Positions 25,837-39,830 of a stretch of 64,000 nt of DNA are shown here, piece by piece. Each line of letters begins with the position of its first letter. Within the stretch, counting starts at the first letter, position 1. Position numbers and translations under genes: made by a program. Source of the stretch: Hypanus sabinus. Taxonomy: Eukaryota. The stretch covers positions 130,944,001-131,008,000 of the forward strand of contig NC_082712.1 of assembly GCF_030144855.1 (NCBI RefSeq). The letters are read 5' to 3'. A model generated the notes under the pieces. It did not search any database and was not told the DNA's origin. It saw only the letters and a program-made list of their open reading frames with translations.

Positions 25837-28800
25837 AAGATGGCGTTGGTGAAAAACGACAATGCTTTGTGGGGGGGCTTACAAAACTATTAAATATATG
25901 AACTTCTTCTGAACTACCCCCAATGTAACCTGTGGTCTGAAATTTCCCTTTCAGTGACACTCTTTTGAACTGTCTTAACAAGCTAGTGATTTCATGATCT
26001 CCCGAAGCATTCTGCAGACTTAACCCTGAAGAATGCAGGAGTGGCACCTGTAAGCAGATGAGGATACATTGCCATGGCTGGAAGAGATGGAGGAGGGGAG
26101 GACTCCAAATCAGACTGAAACGTTAGGGTATGAAACTTCCTCTACCTAGTACCTTGTTGGCAAATGTGCAGTCACTGGAGAACAAGATTGAGGACCTAAG
26201 GGCGAGATTGCTGTATCTGAGGGAAATTAAGGATTGCTGCGTTCTGTGTTTCACTGAGACGTGGCTAACTCTAGACAGCCAGGTACGTCAATAAAATCTG
26301 AGGGCTTCTTGATACACCACATGGACTGGACCGGGAAGGCAAAATGTGGGTGTCTGTGTTTTGTGATGTTTGGACACAACAGTCTTGATGACTCTTGTTG
26401 GCCCGGCGTAGAACAATGCTGACATTTCTACTTACCAAGAGAGTTCTCCACCATGATCTTAACCACAGTTTACAAACCTCCAAAAGCCATTGATAGGTAG
26501 GCACTCGAGGTATTGAGCGTTGCCATCAGCAAGCAAGAAACAGCCTACCCTGGCGTCTTTCACATTATCGTTGGGGACTTCATTCGGGCTCGTTTGAAGA
26601 AATCTTTGCCCAATTATCATCAATATATTACCTGCAGCACCAGTGGTCCCAGTATACTCAAGCTCAGCTGTTCTTCAGTGGGACTGACTACTGTTCCACC
26701 CTAGACCGCACTTTGGGAACTCTGATCATTCTGACTGTTCTCCTTCCTGCATACAGGCAACGACTAAAGAGCAAGGTTCCAGAAGTAAGGACCACAAAGG
26801 GATGGTCACGGGAGGCAGAGGTACGGTTATGGCATTGCTTCAAGTCAGTGGACTAGATCATGTTCAAGGATTCATTGGTGGATTTGAATGAATACACTAC
26901 TGTTGACACTGACTTTATTAAAACAGTTAAAAACAAGTGTGTCCCCACAAAATCACTCAGAATCTTCCCCAGCTAAATGCTGTGAATGAACCACAACCTG
27001 CTGAGGGCCAGAGATTGAGGTATGACCCCCAGAGAGGCATCTCACATGCAAAGTGGCAATTTGAACCAAACTTGAATCACTGAAGGATACTTGACAGCTG
27101 TGGCAAGGCTTGAATGCTATCACCTACTACAAAATGGATGATATCACCCCTAGGTGACAACAAGGTTTCGCTCCCAGATCATTTCAGGACCTTTTATGCT
27201 CGATCTAACTGTTAAAGCATGGAGGCAACTTCACAAACTCCTACAGCCCCCAAAGCCCTGTGATTTAGTCTCTGAGGCCAATATGAGCGTCCTTCAGGAG
27301 AGTGAACTCAGCCGAGATGGGGTACCTGGCTCAGTACTAAAGACATCTTTTGATCAACTGGCTGGAGTTTTCCCTGATATCTTGAACTTCTTGCTTTGAT
27401 CGTCTGAAGTACCCACTTGCTTCAAGCAGGTTTCAGTTATACCTAAGAAGAATGTGGTAACCTGCCTCAATGACTATCATCCGGTAATACTTACATCCAC
27501 AGTGATGAAGCACTTTGAGAGATTGGTGATGAAACATATCAACTCCTGCTTGAGCTGAAACTTAGGTCCACTTTAACTTGTCTACCATCACAACAGGTCA
27601 ACAGCAGATACCATTTCATTGGCTCTTCACCCAACCCTAGAACATCTGGACAGCAAAGGTGCATACAGCAGGATGCTTTTCATTGACTACAGCTCGGCAT
27701 TCAATACCATCATCCATTCAAAACTAATCAATAAGCTTCAAAACTCAATTCTCTATTCCTCCTTGTTCAACTGGATACTGAATTTCATCACTTGCAGATC
27801 CCAGTCAGTTTGGATGAGGAACAACATCTCCTCCACAATCTCCATCAGCACAGGTACAACACAAGGCTGTGTGCTCAACCCCTGCTCTACTTGTTTTACA
27901 GTTATGACTGAGGCTAAGCATTGCTCCAATGCCATATTTAAGTTTGTTGATGACACCACTGTTGTCGACCAAATCAAAGGTGGTGACGAATCTGCATAAA
28001 GGAGGGAGACTGGAACTCTGACTGAGTGGTGCCACAACAACAACCTCTCACTCAATGTCAACAAGACCAAGGAACTGAATATTGACTTCAGGAGGAGGAA
28101 ACTAGAGGTCCATGAGTCAGTCCTCATTGAGAGATCAGAGGTGGAGCGGATGACCAATTTAAAATTCCTCGGTGTTATCATTTCAGAGGTTCTGTCCTGG
28201 GTCCAACATGTAAGTGCCATTATGAAGAAAGTGTGGCAACAGCTTTCCTTTCGAAGAAATTTGAAAAGATTTGGCATGTCTTTGAAGACTTCGGCAAACT
28301 TCTATAGATGTGCAAAGGAGAATATATTGACTGGTAGCAACACAGCCTGATATACAGAAACACAAATGCCCTTGGACAGAAAAACCTACAAAAAGTAAAG
28401 GATACAGCCCATTCCATCACCCATAAAGCCCTCTGCACCCATCATCGAGGAACCCCACCATCCAGGCCATGGTCACTTCTCACTGCATCGGGAAGGAGGT
28501 GCAGAAGCCTCAGGACCCTCATCAGCAGGTTCAGGATCAGTTATTACCCTTCAACCATCAGGCTCCTGCACCAGAGGGGATCACTTCATTCAACCTCACT
28601 CACCCCTTCGCTGAACTGTTCCCACAACCTATGAACTCACTTTCAAGGACTTTTCATCTCATGTTCTCAATATTATTGCTTATTTATTTATTTAGTTTGA
28701 TTATTTCTTTTTTCCTTTTTTTTGTGTGTGTCTTTTGCACATTGATTGTTTGTCCGTCCTGTCAGGTACAGACTTTCATTGATTTTATTGTGTTCTTATA

Positions 28801-29450
28801 TTCAGTATGTATGCCTGCAAGAAAATGAATCACAGGGGTTTTGTGTATGGTGACATATGTTGTCGTCGTTTGAACCCTTAGTGCCTAGGTGACACATGGG
28901 GCCTCCACAAGGGTCTCCCATTTCTGCCGGTCTTAAGCTCTGCTGCTCACCGTTACCCAGTTCATGCCTACTCCTTTCAGTTCTGCTTCCACAGATCTTC
29001 GCCACGTCATTTTAGGCCTGCCCCTACTTCACATTCCTTGTGGGGTCCACCTTAGTGCTACTTTTGCTGGTTGATCATTTGGCATTCTCATTACATGGCC
29101 CAGTCATCTCCATCGTCTTCTTTTCACACAAACTGAGATTGATTCCATATTGCAAGATGTAAGCAAGTCTTGGTTTCTGATTTTCTCGTCCCAGAAGATC
29201 TTCTTGATATGTCATAGACATTTTGTCTGGAACATGTCAAGTTTCTTGCAGATGTCTTTCGTCATCTTCCAACATTCACTTCCATAAAGTAGCACGCTTA
29301 GGATGTTGCTTTTGAAAATTCTGATTTTGGTGTTAAGTTTGAGTTGTGTGGATTTTCAAACTGTATTGAGGCTACCAAAAGTTTGATTTGCTTTAGATAG
29401 TGGTGACATATGTACTTTGAATATAAATTTGCTTTGAACTTTGAACTTAA
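25837..29450 (+). mobile_element. Near full-length decayed Rex1/Babar-type LINE (APE+RT), tail interrupted by an RTE
   Basis: Starts aagatggcg. APE: LPSTLLANVQSLENKIEDLRARL..CVLCFTETWL (~26135-26270), GDF. RT: [27 protein letters not shown]. Tail ctttgaactttgaac at 29432-29447. Confidence 0.88.
28861..29400 (-). mobile_element. 5'-truncated RTE-clade LINE with a 13-bp TSD
   Basis: TSD tggtgacatatgt at 28848-28860 and 29401-29413. Translation: KIRIFKSNILSVLLYGSECW..RWR*LGHVMRM..ALRWTPQG..RGRPKMTWRRSVEAELK. Confidence 0.92.
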
Positions 29451-30057
29451 AAATTATATATGAGAGAGATCTTTTGAGTTTTGGATCACTGGGACCATGA
29501 TCTGGGGAAGTTTTTAACCTGCATAGGCTGCTGTGGAACTGAAACATATCTAGTGTCCTTATGGGGGGATTTGGGGAGGCATACAGTTAAATGTAAAAGG
29601 AAAACCAAAGAGCATGAAGACACAATAAAGAACATGGGAAGAACATGAGTAGGTGAATATTAGGAATGGGGGATTTCAAGTTTACCAACATAAACTGAGA
29701 TTGTGTTCGTTTGAAAGGCGCAGAGGGCGTGGAATTTCAAAGTGCATTCATGTATTTTGGGAGGACTCGTACAGGCAGGACAGACACAATGGGCTCTGGG
29801 GAATATTGAGGGATGTGATTGCACTGGAGAGGACTGAGAGGAGATTCACCCCCAGTGTTGCCAGTGAACATTTCAGTTGTGAAGGCAGATTAAGCAGGTT
29901 GGGTTTATTTTCCTGGATACTGAGGGGGGTCTCAATTAAGAGTGGCATACATAGTAGGAGACCTTTCCCCATAGGCAGAGATGCTTTTACCCAAGACAGG
30001 GAGTAGGAGGTTATAAAACTTGTACCCTTTTTTACATTTAGAGGGTGGCTGGACCGT

Positions 30058-31600
30058 ATAGAATGGAGCAGAACTAGATCATATGGCCCATTGAGTTTGA
30101 TCCACCATTCCATCATGGCCCTCAGCCACACTCTCCTGCCTTCATCCTGCTACCTTTGATGCCCTCACTAATCAAAAACCTATCAACCTCTGTCTTAAAT
30201 ATATCCAATGATTTGCCATCTAACTGGACTCCTCTGTGGCAACGAACTCCACATATCTGCCATCCTCTGGCTAAAGAAGTTCCTCCTCATTTCTATTCTA
30301 AAGGGACATCCCTATATTCTGAAGCTGTGCCCTCTGGTCTTAGACTTTCCCACTACAAGAAAATCCTCTCCACATTCTCTCTATCTAGGCCTTTCAATAT
30401 TCGATAGTTCTCAATGAGATCCCTTCTCGTTCTTCTAAACTCCAGTGTGTACAGGCCCAGAGCCCTCAAAACACTCCTCATATGTTAACCCTGGAATCAT
30501 TCTCATGAACCTCCTCTGGACCCTCTCCAATGCCAGCTTATCGTTTCTAAGATAACGGACCCAAAACTCCTCACAATACTCCAAGTGCAATCTGACCAAT
30601 ATCTTATTAAAGCTCAGCATACATCCTTGGTTTTATATTCTAGTCCTCTTGAAATGAATGCTAACATTGCATTTGCTTTCCTTACCAGTATGTCAAACTG
30701 CAATTAACATGTGAAATCCTGTATAAGGACTCCCAAGTCCCTTTGCACATGTAATTTCTGAATTTGCCCGTTTAGAAAATAGTTTATACCTTTATTCTAT
30801 TGTGGACCTGTACTCTTCCAGGTTGAAGAAGAGGGCGGGGAACATCATTAAGGATTCCTTCCATCCTGCGCACAGACTGTTTGAACTGCTTCCGTCTGGT
30901 AGGTGCTTCAGATCCCTCCAGACTAAGACTAATAGGCACTGGAGAAGTTTTTTCCCTACTGCGGTCACTTTGCTGAACAGTTAACTGCCGGTTAACTGTC
31001 GGCTAACTATTACTTGGATTGCACTACCTGTATGTATAATCTATATTTTCATTTATATTTATCATTATTATTGTTATGAGCAGAGAGACAACATCTGCCG
31101 GAAGTAAATTCCTTGTATGTGCACAGGTACTTGGCGATTAAAGTCTGATTCTGATTCTAAAGTGCATGACCATACAAGTCCCTACTTTGTATTTCATCTG
31201 CCACTTCTTTGCCCTAATCTGCCTAAGTCCTTCTGCAGACGTCCTACTTCCAGAACACTACTGGCCCCTCCACCTAGCAAGTCAAGTCACTTTTATTGTC
31301 ATTTCAATCATAACTGCTGGTACAGTACATAGTAAAAATGAGACGACGTTTTTCAGGACCATGGTGTTACATGACACAGTACAAAAACTAGACTGAACTA
31401 CGTAAAAAAAACAACACAGCGAAAGCTACACTAGACTACAGACCAGTATCATCTGCAAACTTGGCTTCAAAGCCATCAATTCCTTCGTCCAAACCATTGA
31501 CATAGAATATAATGTGAAAAGAAATGGTCCCAACACCAAACTCTGTAAAACTCCGCTAATCATGAGCAGCCAGCCAAAAGAGTCTCCTTTTACCCAGGAC
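30058..31600 (-). mobile_element. CR1 LINE 3' portion with two nested insertions
   Basis: ISGVLQSLVLGPFLF, LVRLHLEYC.EFW, LALERVQRRF, plus a CR1 3' UTR near 30060-30150. Interrupted at ~30800-31158 and ~31279-31445. Confidence 0.88.
30800..31158 (+). mobile_element. Young short Rex1/Babar-type 3' end nested in CR1
   Basis: DLYSSRLKKRAGNIIKDSFHPAHRLFELLPSGRCFRSLQTKTNRHWRSFFPTAVTLLNS*, tail tctgattctgattct, possible attcta TSD. Confidence 0.88.
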
Positions 31601-31899
31601 ACACTGCTGGCATAGCTGTTTAAATAATTTGCTTCAAGGAACTGGGCACCATTAATATATTGCTTAGACATATAAACCTTAGATTGATAAGGAATTGAGG
31701 GCCATGGACCAAAAGCTGGGGAATGGTACTTGTAAAAGTGGTATCATTGGTCAGCATGGAAACGATGGGAGTAAAGGCCTGTTCCCATGCTGTATGACTC
31801 TATGGTTTTTCATGACACTAGGGATGAATTTGATAGTTGCTGGGAAGGTAGCAGTGGATCAATTGTGCCTGCATTTTGCAAAAACACCGCCGTGTTCAC

Positions 31900-32760
31900 G
31901 ATGAGACCCTACAAATGCAGACCACCTTCCATATCTGGGGATATCACCTCTTAGGCAAAGCGGAAGCCGATGATGAAATTCACCACTGCCTAGGGAGTAC
32001 CAGCACAGCATTTGATTGATTGGAGTAAAGAGTTCTTTGAAAATGAAGACCTTGGCCTGCACTAAGACTCGAGGTTTAGCTGAGCCCTTCCTTCCTCTAC
32101 ACTTCTCAGACACAGCAGGTGTCTCATAGCAATAGAAAAGTACCAGCAATGGTGTCTTCACAGCATCCTCCAAAGGGCAAGAGAACCACCGTCAGCATCT
32201 TCTTCTGGAATAATATCTCCACGGTGAGGCTGGAATGAGACTCAGACAGCTCCAATGGAAAGATTACCAGGACAGAGGAAATGGTCAAAGGATGTGCTGG
32301 ATCCTTCTTAAGAAAATGAAGCATCTCCAGACTCCTCAGAATCTCTGCCCCATAACTACTCAACATGTAGAAGCTGCATTCAAGATGGTATTGAGAACCA
32401 ACAGAGAGCACACAACCTTGCAAGCAAACCCACTGCTACCTTATCAGGCACCTCCTGCCTCTGTGTACGAGTCTAAGGTTTCCCACATTATCGTTAGCAG
32501 CCTAATCCAGAAAAATGGAGTGGAAGCAAGTTATCCTCGGTCCTGGAGAGGCTCTCTGTAAAGAATTACAGAGGACTGTAGAAAGGTTTGCCGTGGAGCT
32601 TCAGGCTTATTTTTCATGCAGGCCATGACCACAGCTGTGCTTTCCAAGTTGACTACGGGTTTAAGAAGGTAACAACCACCCTGCCCTACATGAAACAATA
32701 TCAACAATTACCTCAAAGCCACTCAGTGTTGCTGGTACAGGGGAGAATTGGAACATCCAA
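31900..32760 (+). mobile_element. Highly decayed LINE remnants (RTE-like, then Rex-like RT)
   Basis: Weak motif remnants only (RVFENxDL..TK; ..QLQW; GFKKVTT.LP..NYLKATQ). Confidence 0.35.
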
Positions 32761-33694
32761 ACTAGAAATCCTACTTCCCACATTGCTTCCACTACACTTC
32801 CTTTCTCCTATTTCACTCCTGGCCAGAATTTAACGCACAGAATTATTTCCTGTTGCCCGGGTCTGCAGTTGAACGGGAACAATGTTTGATGGGAAAATCA
32901 AGCCTGCAACCACAGATAATATAGGGCAAGAGCACCTCAGCAGGCACTTATGCAGCCCACCTCTCCCTTTACTGAACCCACACAAACGGAATTGCATAGG
33001 TGAGGTGGGAACAGCAAATTGGAGAAACCCTAATCTACTGGATGAAAGCATATGAGTGTTTGACCAATTCTTGTATTTCATAGCTAACTGAACAAAATTT
33101 TAACACAGAAACAGACTATTCACACTACTTGATCTTTGCTTGTGTTCAATGCAGATTTCTTTCCAAACCTAGTTCATCTACTCCTATCTCCACATCATTC
33201 TTTATAATAAAGTTATGGAAGTGACTTATGAGAACATACTGAATATTGTGAAGGCTGCCTGAAATATGAGATATAAAGCGAAGATGCCAGCAGCAGAGTT
33301 TTTCTCCTGACATACTGTTTATTTTTCTTTGCTTTTCTCTCTGTCAAATGCCAACTCTTGGAGCTAGCTACCAGACATCTGCTGACAACTTGCCCAGTGA
33401 TTATTGCTCAAATGTCAGCTTGAAGAGAGCATCAGCTGGCTGTTTGCCCACGTGCAGTTAGGTAACAATGCAATTATTCAATATCAAAATTGTTTAACTG
33501 GTTATTTATGGCAACACACTCACTATAATATTGTTCTGGAAGGAAAGAAACAGTTCTTGCTTTCTCTAGTAGCAGCTCTTGCTTAGAAATTGGATCACGT
33601 AGTGCTGGGAAAACAATTTTACCCGAAGTAACTCAAATTAAAGTGAAATTTAACTGGGATGCACATCAGCTCTGGTAGAGCTTGCAGGCCATTA

Positions 33695-35387
33695 CTTGCT
33701 ACAAGATGAAACCTAACATCAGGAATAGCTGTGATACTCACTCTCAAAAGGGGTCAACACCCCTTTGAAAGGGAGAATAAAACTACACCTGTGCAAATCC
33801 CTGCAGCACCTGGTGACCCTGTGGTCACTGACTCGGAGGCTGATGTCAGAAATCTCTCAGGGGGGTGAACCCTCACAAAGTGTCAGGGCCTGATGGCGAA
33901 CCTAGACAAGCACTGAAAACCTGTGCCAGTCAGCTGGTGGGAGTGTTCAAGAACATCTTCAGTCTCTCACTGCTGCAGTCAGAGTTCCCACCTCCTTCAA
34001 AAGGGCAACAATCACAATGCCAGTGCCCAAGAAGAGCAGGGCAAGCTGCCTCAACGACTATTGCCCAGATGCACTCACATTTACTGTGATTAACTGCTTT
34101 GAGAGGTTGGTCACGGCCAGAATCAACTCCTGCCTAAGCAAGGACCTGGACCAGCTGGAATTTACTTATCAGCATAATAGGTCTACAGCAAGTACAATCT
34201 CACTGTCTCTCCCTGCGGCCTTGGATCACCTGGACGATGGCAATGCCTACGTCAGGCTGCTGTTTATTGATTACATCTCACTGTTCAACACCATCATACC
34301 CTCAGTACTAATCAACGAGCTTCTAAACCTGGGCCTGTGCACCTCCCTCTGCAACTGAATCCTTAACTTCCTCACTGGGAGAGTGCAGTCATTGACCTTT
34401 GGAAAAACATCTTCTCCTCACTGACTACCCTCCCAACACTGGAGCACCTTGAAGATGCATGCTTAGCCCACTGCACCTCTCTCTCTCTCTGTACTCACGA
34501 CTGTGTGGCTCGGCACAGCTCAAAAGTCATCTGTAAATTTGCTGATGACAGAATTTCAGATGGTGAAGGAGATTTTCAGAAGAGAGATTGGCTGGTTGAA
34601 TGGTGTTGCAACAACAACCTTGCACTCAATGTCAATAAGAACAAGGAATTGTTTGTGGACTTCAGGAGGAGGAAATTGAGGAACATACACCAGTCCTCAA
34701 TGAGGGATCAGCAGTACAAAGAGAGAACAGTTTCAAGTTCCTGGGTGTCAATGTCTCGATGATCTGGGCCCAACATTTACAAAGGAGGCATGACAGTGCC
34801 TATGTTTCATTAGGAGTGTGAGGAAACTTGATACTTCACCAAAGACAGTGTACAGTGGAGAGCATTCTAGCTGGTTGCATCATTTCTGGTGTGGATGGGC
34901 CACTGCACAGGGTCAGAGAAAGTTGCAGAAAGTTGCTAACTCAGCCAGCCTGACCATGGACACTACCCTCCCAACAGCAAGGACACCTTCAAAAGGCAAT
35001 GCATCAAAGAGACAGCATCAATCATTAAGGACCCCATCACCCAGGACATGCCTTCTCATTGATACTATCAAGGTGGAGGTATAGGAGCCTAAATCACATA
35101 CTGAACAATTCAGGAACAGCTTCTTTCCCTCCGCCATCAGATTTCTGAATGGACAATGAACCTAGAATCAGAATCAGGTTTAATATCACTGGCACATATC
35201 ATGAAATGTACACCATCTCACTATTTTGCTTTCTTTTTTGATCTCCTTTTGTACGACTTATTTAATTTAATTTTATTGTAATCTATAGCTTTTAAATTAC
35301 TATTATTGCAATGTACTGCTGCCGCAAAACAACAAATTTTATGGCATATGCCAGTGACACTAAACCTAATTCGGATTTTAATTCTGA
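33695..35387 (+). mobile_element. Decayed Rex1/Babar-type LINE (RT to 3' tail)
   Basis: NPHKVSGPDG, PVPKKSRASCLNDY, VRLLFIDYISLFNTI, KFADD, WCCNNNLALNVNKNKELFVDFRR. Confidence 0.88.
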
Positions 35388-36661
35388 AAATGCTACAAGT
35401 TTTTTCAAAGTCAGATTCTGCGGTCTGCATCTGTCCAAGGGTGTTATCTCATACACTAGAGGGAGATGGGGAGACTTCAAAGTGGAGTGGTGTGGTCCTT
35501 GCAAACTGATGACAGCAGCTGCTTCAGAAGAAGAGTGGCTAGTTTACCTGGAGACTGAGGGTCATGAAGTGAGTCCTGAAGAGCAGTGGGAGAAAGAAGA
35601 AGAAAGCTACTAGGGAGATGTCCCTGCTGAACATCCACAGCGTTATCTCCCAGCTGAGCAGAGGAAACAGCTTTGGTCCACACTGGATATTTCCCCAGGA
35701 GACTACAAAATCATACTCCCTAATACAAATAAAGTGCCACTTTCCACACTTGAATTGTAGTATACCAGTAAATAAAGTACAAAGTTCAAAGTAAATTTAT
35801 TATCAAAGTATATATATGTCACTATCTACAACCCTGAGATTAATTTTCTTGTGGGCATATTCAATACGTCTATCGTTTAACAACCATATGAGAATCAGTG
35901 TAAGACTGCCTGACTATAGTGTTCAACCAGAGTGCAGAAGACAACAAACTGTGCAAATACAAAAAGAAAAAAAAAATAACAAATAACTAAGGAATAAGTA
36001 TTGAGAACATAAAATAAGCCAAATGCTTTTCATGGATTCACCATCCTGAAGGCTGCCCACACGTTGGCCTCAGAGACAGAAACCATAAGATCATTAAGGG
36101 AGTTGGTAGGCTGAGAAGTAATGTTTTCTCACATGCTGCTTTGTAAGTCCAGCTACACTGAATAAGGTACATGAATAGGTAATCCAATCACTAAAATATT
36201 TTGTTACAATATATCAGTATTTCCTGAATGGCATTTTGCTCTAAGAATGCTGAGTTCAACTCAAGATTCACTCCCCTCAAAGGATCTCCATTCTCCAGGT
36301 GTAACTGGTGGTCAAAACAAGTCTACTATTCAACATCAATAACGGTTATTTGACAATGGAGTCAATGTGTATGAAGATGGATCCGAATCACTGGACCACA
36401 GACCCTTGCAGTGCATTGAGAAATGGATTGAGGGGATAACATCTCTCTCTCTCTCTCTCTCTCTCCCTGCCACCCCATTTTTCCAACACAGCCATAGAGT
36501 CCCTTACTGCTGTTTAACTGCTATGTGCTTTTTGATATTGATACCCATTTGAGATTACTGGGCTGCAAAGTTTAACCTGCTTCCACTGGAAAATATTCTG
36601 GTCTTGTTCCATTCTATCTTTCTTGGTGTTAAACACCCTGAACACTAGTCTAGACTTGATT

Positions 36662-37205
36662 TTGGCCAATTGTATATTTTTTTCAATGGGGGCACCCAAC
36701 TTATAAAGCCAAATAAGGAGATCAAATACTATCTTTGGGCACCACTCTTCAAATCACCTTCATCAGACTCTCAATTAACTATACTGTATATCTTTGTTTT
36801 TAAAAATGATAGTAAGGTACCAAACCTCTCTTAACCTCTCCTTTCCCCACCTACTTATTTCATACAACGCCCAGAGCTCTCCTGTAATTCTGACATCTGA
36901 CACATTCCTTTGTCCACCTTTGACTGTATTGACAGCAGACATAAGTACCTTGGAATTTTCTTTCCAAACCCCTTGGCCTCATGTATACCTTAAGATCCTT
37001 CTTTAAAAATTACCCAACTATTTGTTGTCAATTGGGCATCTTTTTAAAAATGGGGCACCCAATTTATAAAGACAAATAAAGAGATTAAATATAACCTCTG
37101 GGCACCTGTCTGCCAATCACCCTCATCAGCCCCTCAATGAACTATAAGTCACTAAATCTTAAAGCATATATAGTAAGGTACAAAACCTCTCTTAGCCTCA
37201 CCTTT
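36662..37205. repeat. Pair of diverged ~180-bp direct repeats (36662-36844 and 37025-37205)
   Basis: Shared blocks: caattg..aatggggcacccaa.ttataaag.caaataa.gagat.aaata..tgggcacc..aatcacc.tcatcag..ctcaat.aactata..atagtaaggtac.aaacctctctta.cctc.ccttt. Confidence 0.8.
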
Positions 37206-37207
37206 AC

Positions 37208-37495
37208 CACGGTAGCATCATTGGCGGTTAGCACAACACTATCACAGCTTGGAGCACTGAGGAGTTCAATTTCGTAAGGCATCTCAGTACATCCTTCCCG
37301 TGAAATGCATGGATTTTCCATCGGTGCTCCAGTTCACTCCCACAGTCCAAAAACCTGCTAGGTTCATTGGTATTGTAAATTGGTTCATGGTTAGGTTGGG
37401 GTTAATCGTGGTTGTTGGGTTGCTGGGGATGCCTGGCTCTAAGGCAGGCGGAAAGGCCTACTCCATGGTAAATGGCTAAATAAATAAATAATATT
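37208..37495 (+). mobile_element. tRNA-derived V-SINE (HE1-like)
   Basis: A-box-like ggtagca..ggttagcac, B-box-like gagttcaatt, V-domain ttccatcggtgctccagttcactcccacagtccaaa, tail taaataaataaataa. Confidence 0.75.
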
Positions 37496-39830
37496 TGCCG
37501 CCAATGACAGTTGATTATTGCTCTATCCTCAAGAGTAGCTGATTGTCTGAAAAGTTGACAAGAAGCCCAGCGAAATGTGTTCAATCAAACTAGCCTCTGA
37601 GGAATTTGGAAGCTTAACGCGCCACATCTCAGTCATTTCCTTTCTTCGCCCACGAGCACCCCTGCCCCTTCCGCAAATAAAATCTCATTAACCTTTGGGT
37701 GAGCTGGGTGAGTCATACTGTTTTAATCAATGCGAATATTTTTGGATGAACATTAATACAAGCTCAAAATTCCAGCAACTCCTACCTGACAGTTTTTGGC
37801 AAACATTCACATTTTTGATAAAGGACTGATATATATATAAAATGAGATGAATGCTTTGAATAAATTATGTTAGGATAGACTGAAACCATGATTAAACTAC
37901 ATACAAAGCTATAGACAGTAAAACATAGCATGAAGTAAGTCCATCAAGAAGGTGAAAATTAGTTCATAATTTTATTTTGCTTTGTTTTCTTCAAGGTGTC
38001 AAGCAATGCAGGGACTCAGTGCCTTGTATCTGCTGCAGTTTGGTTAAGGCACCATCAGAGAGGTTCAATGGTGAATGGCAACAGCTTAGTCAACTGTACC
38101 AGACATCAAAGGCATAGTTAAACTCTCATGTCTTTGCCATATCATCTGACGTACTCACACACAGCAGCTCACTTGTGGCAAGACTTCATGGACATGCTTC
38201 ACTCTTTGCCAGCCACACATATTCTTTTCTTGTAAGGACACACACCATGTTCTCTCCCACCTATACACACACGCACACGCTTTGACCACAAACTTTCTTT
38301 GTATGTATGATCGCTCACTTGCTCAGTCCTTTAAGCACGATTCAGTGGAAATCATCAGACACTAATCTGGAACCTGGAACCTGGCAACATGATGTATGCT
38401 GATTTATTTAAACAGTTTGATTAATTACGACCCATTGTCATGCCGTAATTGTGGCACAGGTTAAAATGAGCCAATCTAAGGTTCAACCTTTGTGCCCAGT
38501 ATAACTGGCTCAGTATTATTTCCTAAAGCTTTTTCTGAAAATTGATTTGCAGAACTATGATTTGCAAGGTACAAAGGTGTAGAAATTAAGGTTTCAACAT
38601 GGTAGTCCATTTTGCTAGTTATATTCACGGACAAGACTAAAGTATTTCTTGCACAAATTCTTTGGTTGAGGTAGAAGTGAAGTGATTAATAGCATTTATA
38701 GAAATTCAGGAAAGTGGTGAACCTGGAACCTGCAGACTGCTGTGATACTAGGAATATTTCTGAAGGAATTAAATAGAATACAGCCTGGACATATGGTCAG
38801 GCTGTCACTTTGTCTTTGAAATGTCATTCTGGGTCACCCTAACACAATATGTAAAATAGACAAACATAAACTTCAATTGCAAAGTTCACGGAACAGTTTT
38901 GGTAGGTTTCCTTGTAATTCCATACTGAAACTGATATTAGCTTCCGGCAACATGGAATGTGGATATTGAATGAATGGATTCTACAATGATAGATGGGAAC
39001 TGGAGAGTGCTTCCAGGGTGGGTGGAAGGACCTGGACTAGCTGACAAAGGAGGTATGTTCTTTCATAAACTTCCACGGACACCCTCCAAGACCACAGACA
39101 GGTGGTCCTGTCAGGATGATGCCAGGGAGAGCTAAGTTAGTTCTTAACATTAGAAATTAATATCTGCACTTCAGGAAAACTTATAATGCAAGAAAAACTC
39201 TGTGTCTATAATTGCCTGCATTTGGGGCTGAGGGAAAGGCAGATGAAATTTCCTGAACTTAATTATGGATCATGAGGTCAACCTCCCTCATGTAGCAGCG
39301 AGCAGCAAACTGAGAAGTAGCACAATCAACAGCAGACTGTAGTGGTTCTGAGGACAACACATCGAGAGAGGGCAAGATCTCTGGGGGCAAATAAGGTACA
39401 CATGAGGTTGCAACTGAAGGCCTCAAAGGTCACAGATCTCATTGAGGATAAACAAGGCCCTGAATGGTGGTCCCTTAAATAGCATATTTTCAGGGGAAAC
39501 ATGATTAATTAAAGTAGTAAACACAAAGTACACTGCAGATGCAACACATACGTGTGTTTGCTTCCATCTCCCATACGGACTTCCAGCTGATTTTCCTCTT
39601 CTCAATGTTTACCCTCCACATCCATTGGCCCTGCTTTCCATCAGCTTCTGGGAGCAGGGACTGATTAACACTCTATTAAGGAGAAGTGAGGTATAACCCA
39701 ACCTAGTTATTTTACATGTAGTAAGAGAATAAGTTGGGTAATATTTACAGTGAGTGTTAATCTTCCTACAACATGGATTGTAAAAGAATATATTTCATTC
39801 TCCCTGTTGGTGGACTGAATACGGAACTCT

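Noticed and set aside
36442-36465. (CT)n microsatellite and other short simple repeats
   Set aside because: Ordinary simple repeats with no further structure.
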